A DNA stretch of 34,945 nucleotides from an uncultured bacterium (GTDB taxonomy: Bacteria; JAJVIF01; JAPKYR01). The stretch lies in assembly GCA_965370205.1 (NCBI GenBank), contig CBDUUJ010000002.1, positions 1 to 34,945 of the forward strand, in the 5' to 3' direction. Position 1 is the stretch's first letter. Each line of letters opens with the position of its first letter. A program made the translations under genes and the position numbers. The notes beneath the pieces were generated by a model. It searched no databases, was not told the origin of the DNA, and was given only the letters and a program-made list of their open reading frames with translations. Of this stretch, positions 33,143 through 34,945 are shown one piece after another.

Positions 33143-34318
33143 CTAACTGATCGAAACTTGCGATTCTTCCATGACCGTTGATTTATCGGTCCAGTATTTT
33201 GTGGCCTTGATAATTTCACGAATCAAACCTTCGCTCATGTAATTCCCCAGTGGTGGTCTCAATCCGATGCGACTCATCAGTTCGGCAATCTCGTCATCAT
33301 CGGCGAGTGGAATTTGACCTTCAGGACATGCGTACCCGATGCGTGAAACTATGTAGTCTGACAGCCAGATTACGGCAGCCAGCGGATCGAAAGGCTCCAC
33401 CATCGGAGAATGATGCTTGCCTATCGCGCTTGAGATCTCCTCGGGAAGCCGCCACGCGCTTATAAAGCACTCACTCCATATCTGGTGATTGAATCCAAAG
33501 ATATGGTGCTCGTGATCGATCAGCATTTCGTTTGATTCCATTGATGAGTCAAGCGCGCTCTTGAGTTTACGGTTCTCCAGCATCAGCAACAGGAGCAGAC
33601 CGATATTGTGCAGCAGACCCGCTGTGGCGGCGACATCTGATTCAACACCATGAGCTGAGCGGCCCAGGTGTTTCGCAGTTACACTTACAGCAGCGGCGTG
33701 TCGCCAGATTGTCTCGGGGGATAAAAAGGGAATCCCTTTCAGCCTGGGATCGCGGTTCAGAGAATCCTCAAGGACCAGCGAGCGAACGGTATCCATTCCA
33801 AGGATCACCACCGCCCGTTTCAGGCTTGTGACATCGCTCTCAAGTCCGAAAAGGCTGGAGTTTACCCAGCGAAGCATCCGCGCGGCGGTCGTCTGGTCCG
33901 TCTCGATTACCTGGGCGACCTCCTTCGCGCCTGCCCCGGGCTGAGCCAGAATCGGCAGCAGGTTCATTGTGACATTCGGCAGTTTCGGAAGTGCCCGGGC
34001 TAATTCCTCAAGGTTGGCGAGGTTTTCCTCCGAAATATCCTGAATTGTGGGATATTCTGTATAGATGCTTGTTGTAGCTTCAGGTGGAGACTCGCTTGGT
34101 TGCTCTTCCTCCTGACCGGTTTCCACATCTTCGCCGGTTTCCGCATCCGATTTTGACGGACTGGGCGTAGTGGATTCGGACAGTTTCTCCTGGAGAATAT
34201 CATCGCCTGATTCATCAGATGAAACCGGTTGTTCGGTTTTTGACGAAATGAAATACCATAGCGTGCCAATTACCATGACAATCAATACAATGGTGACAGG
34301 TATTATCAATATCTGCAT
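33143..34318 (-). CDS. HDOD-domain signalling protein with an N-terminal TM anchor and an acidic linker
   Basis: TM: ILIIPVTIVLIVMVIGTLWYFI. The HDOD-like core reads LPKLPNVTMNLLPILAQPGAGAKEVAQVIETDQTTAARMLRWVNSSLFGL...LKRAVVILGMDTVRSLVL...HNIGLLLL. AGGAAAGGA lies upstream. Confidence 0.85.
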   Translation of the reverse strand: MQILIIPVTIVLIVMVIGTLWYFISSKTEQPVSSDESGDDILQEKLSESTTPSPSKSDAETGEDVETGQEEEQPSESPPEATTSIYTEYPTIQDISEENLANLEELARALPKLPNVTMNLLPILAQPGAGAKEVAQVIETDQTTAARMLRWVNSSLFGLESDVTSLKRAVVILGMDTVRSLVLEDSLNRDPRLKGIPFLSPETIWRHAAAVSVTAKHLGRSAHGVESDVAATAGLLHNIGLLLLLMLENRKLKSALDSSMESNEMLIDHEHHIFGFNHQIWSECFISAWRLPEEISSAIGKHHSPMVEPFDPLAAVIWLSDYIVSRIGYACPEGQIPLADDDEIAELMSRIGLRPPLGNYMSEGLIREIIKATKYWTDKSTVMEESQVSIS

Positions 34319-34655
34319 ATTCCTTTCCTCTGGAAAGTCTTATCTTATTATCGTGCTTTCTCCATATTTTTGAAACTATTTTTCTTAATCAATCCAAGCA
34401 TATACTGTCAAGCTACTTGACAGTTTATGAGGTTAAATATCAGTATGTGCCCACTTACTAGTTTAGAACAATACAGTTAACGGGAATTAGCCATATGTCG
34501 TCAGTATTGATGCGCTATACGCATTATTGTAATCATAGTGGCAATAAAGATATTAACCAGTTAAGGAATGGTGCGATATCTGTCGCGGGATAATGAACCC
34601 TTATTCATTTTTCGGGAACACTGTTGGAAAATTTGTGAAATGTTTCGCATAATGG

Positions 34656-34684
34656 TTGACTCAGGGTAACTTATTCGTTATATT
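34656..34684 (+). promoter_or_regulatory. Sigma-70-type promoter for the ArsR-family gene
   Basis: TTGACT (34656-34661), a 17-nt spacer, then TATATT (34679-34684). It sits about 40 nt upstream of the ATG at 34724. Confidence 0.5.
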
Positions 34685-34723
34685 GCTTTTACGAATTTGT
34701 AAATACATTGCTTTGGAGGCGCC

Positions 34724-34945
34724 ATGGAAATTATTTACTCATCAGTAAAAGACATCGAACGGCTTTACAAAGGACTTGCGGATGAGAGCCGGCTGAAGAT
34801 TCTGTTCCTTCTGAACGATCTCGGTGAGGCTTGTGTCCGCGACATTCAGCAGGTTCTTCGTGTCCCGCAGCCTACTGTTAGCCGGCATCTCGGTCTCCTG
34901 AAGAGAATGGGTCTGGTGGACAACCACAGAAGGGGTAAGTGGAAT
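34724..34945 (+). CDS. ArsR/SmtB-family transcriptional regulator (3' end runs off the window)
   Basis: My translation from the ATG at 34724 (GGAGG at 34715-34719) reads MEIIYSSVKDIERLYKGLADESRLKILFLLNDLGEACVRDIQQVLRVPQPTVSRHLGLLKRMGLVDNHRRGKWN. This matches the ArsR wHTH pattern (R..IL..L....CV.D......Q..VS.HL..L...GLV). It is absent from the track because it has no stop in the window. Confidence 0.85.
   Translation, partial: MEIIYSSVKDIERLYKGLADESRLKILFLLNDLGEACVRDIQQVLRVPQPTVSRHLGLLKRMGLVDNHRRGKWN

Overview
About 35 kb of bacterial chromosome, with no taxon assigned. All calls come from reading the sequence and translations, not from database searches. Coding density is high, and spot counts of single 60-nt lines give roughly 58-63% GC in flanking genes.

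Ordinary content:
- Two sigma factors: an RpoD/SigA-family sigma-70 and RpoN.
- Three c-di-GMP-type signalling proteins: GGDEF with an I-site, GAF-HD-GYP, and HDOD.
- A four-gene GldA/GldF/GldG-like ABC operon ending in a DUF4340-like gene.
- An S8 subtilase operon, several lipoproteins (two are paralogs of an unrecognised family) and a BsuPI-like inhibitor lipoprotein.
- A B12-binding radical SAM enzyme, an MBL-fold hydrolase, and a radical-SAM / VUT(YhhQ)-like / queF gene string.
- An NfeD-SPFH pair and a truncated ArsR-family regulator.

I found no rRNA, tRNA, CRISPR array, integrase or transposase.

Best candidate for a new system: a compositionally foreign island at about 21.25-24.3 kb, with about 38-40% GC in spot counts, between rpoN and the HD-GYP gene. 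It has its own near-consensus promoter and a strong terminator. It encodes (i) an ORF with weak PD-(D/E)xK-like motifs around a wHTH-like segment, interrupted by one in-frame TAG, (ii) a minimal Hanks-type Ser/Thr kinase with no sensor domain, and (iii) a 405-aa protein with an alternating strand/helix pattern that I cannot assign to a family.

Secondary signals:
- A 7 x 27-bp spacer-less tandem array plus an inverted copy, carrying sigma-54-like TGGCAC..TTGC motifs at the wrong spacing.
- Two nested-palindrome, MITE-like intergenic elements that share a terminal module.
- A dispersed family of GGGGAC-initiated hairpins.
- A perfect 44-bp tandem duplication across a stop codon.
- A pentapeptide-repeat protein fused to a channel-like domain and built from 11 phased 30-bp units.
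- A probable CTG start codon.
- An RpoN carrying a CxxC..CxxC insertion.
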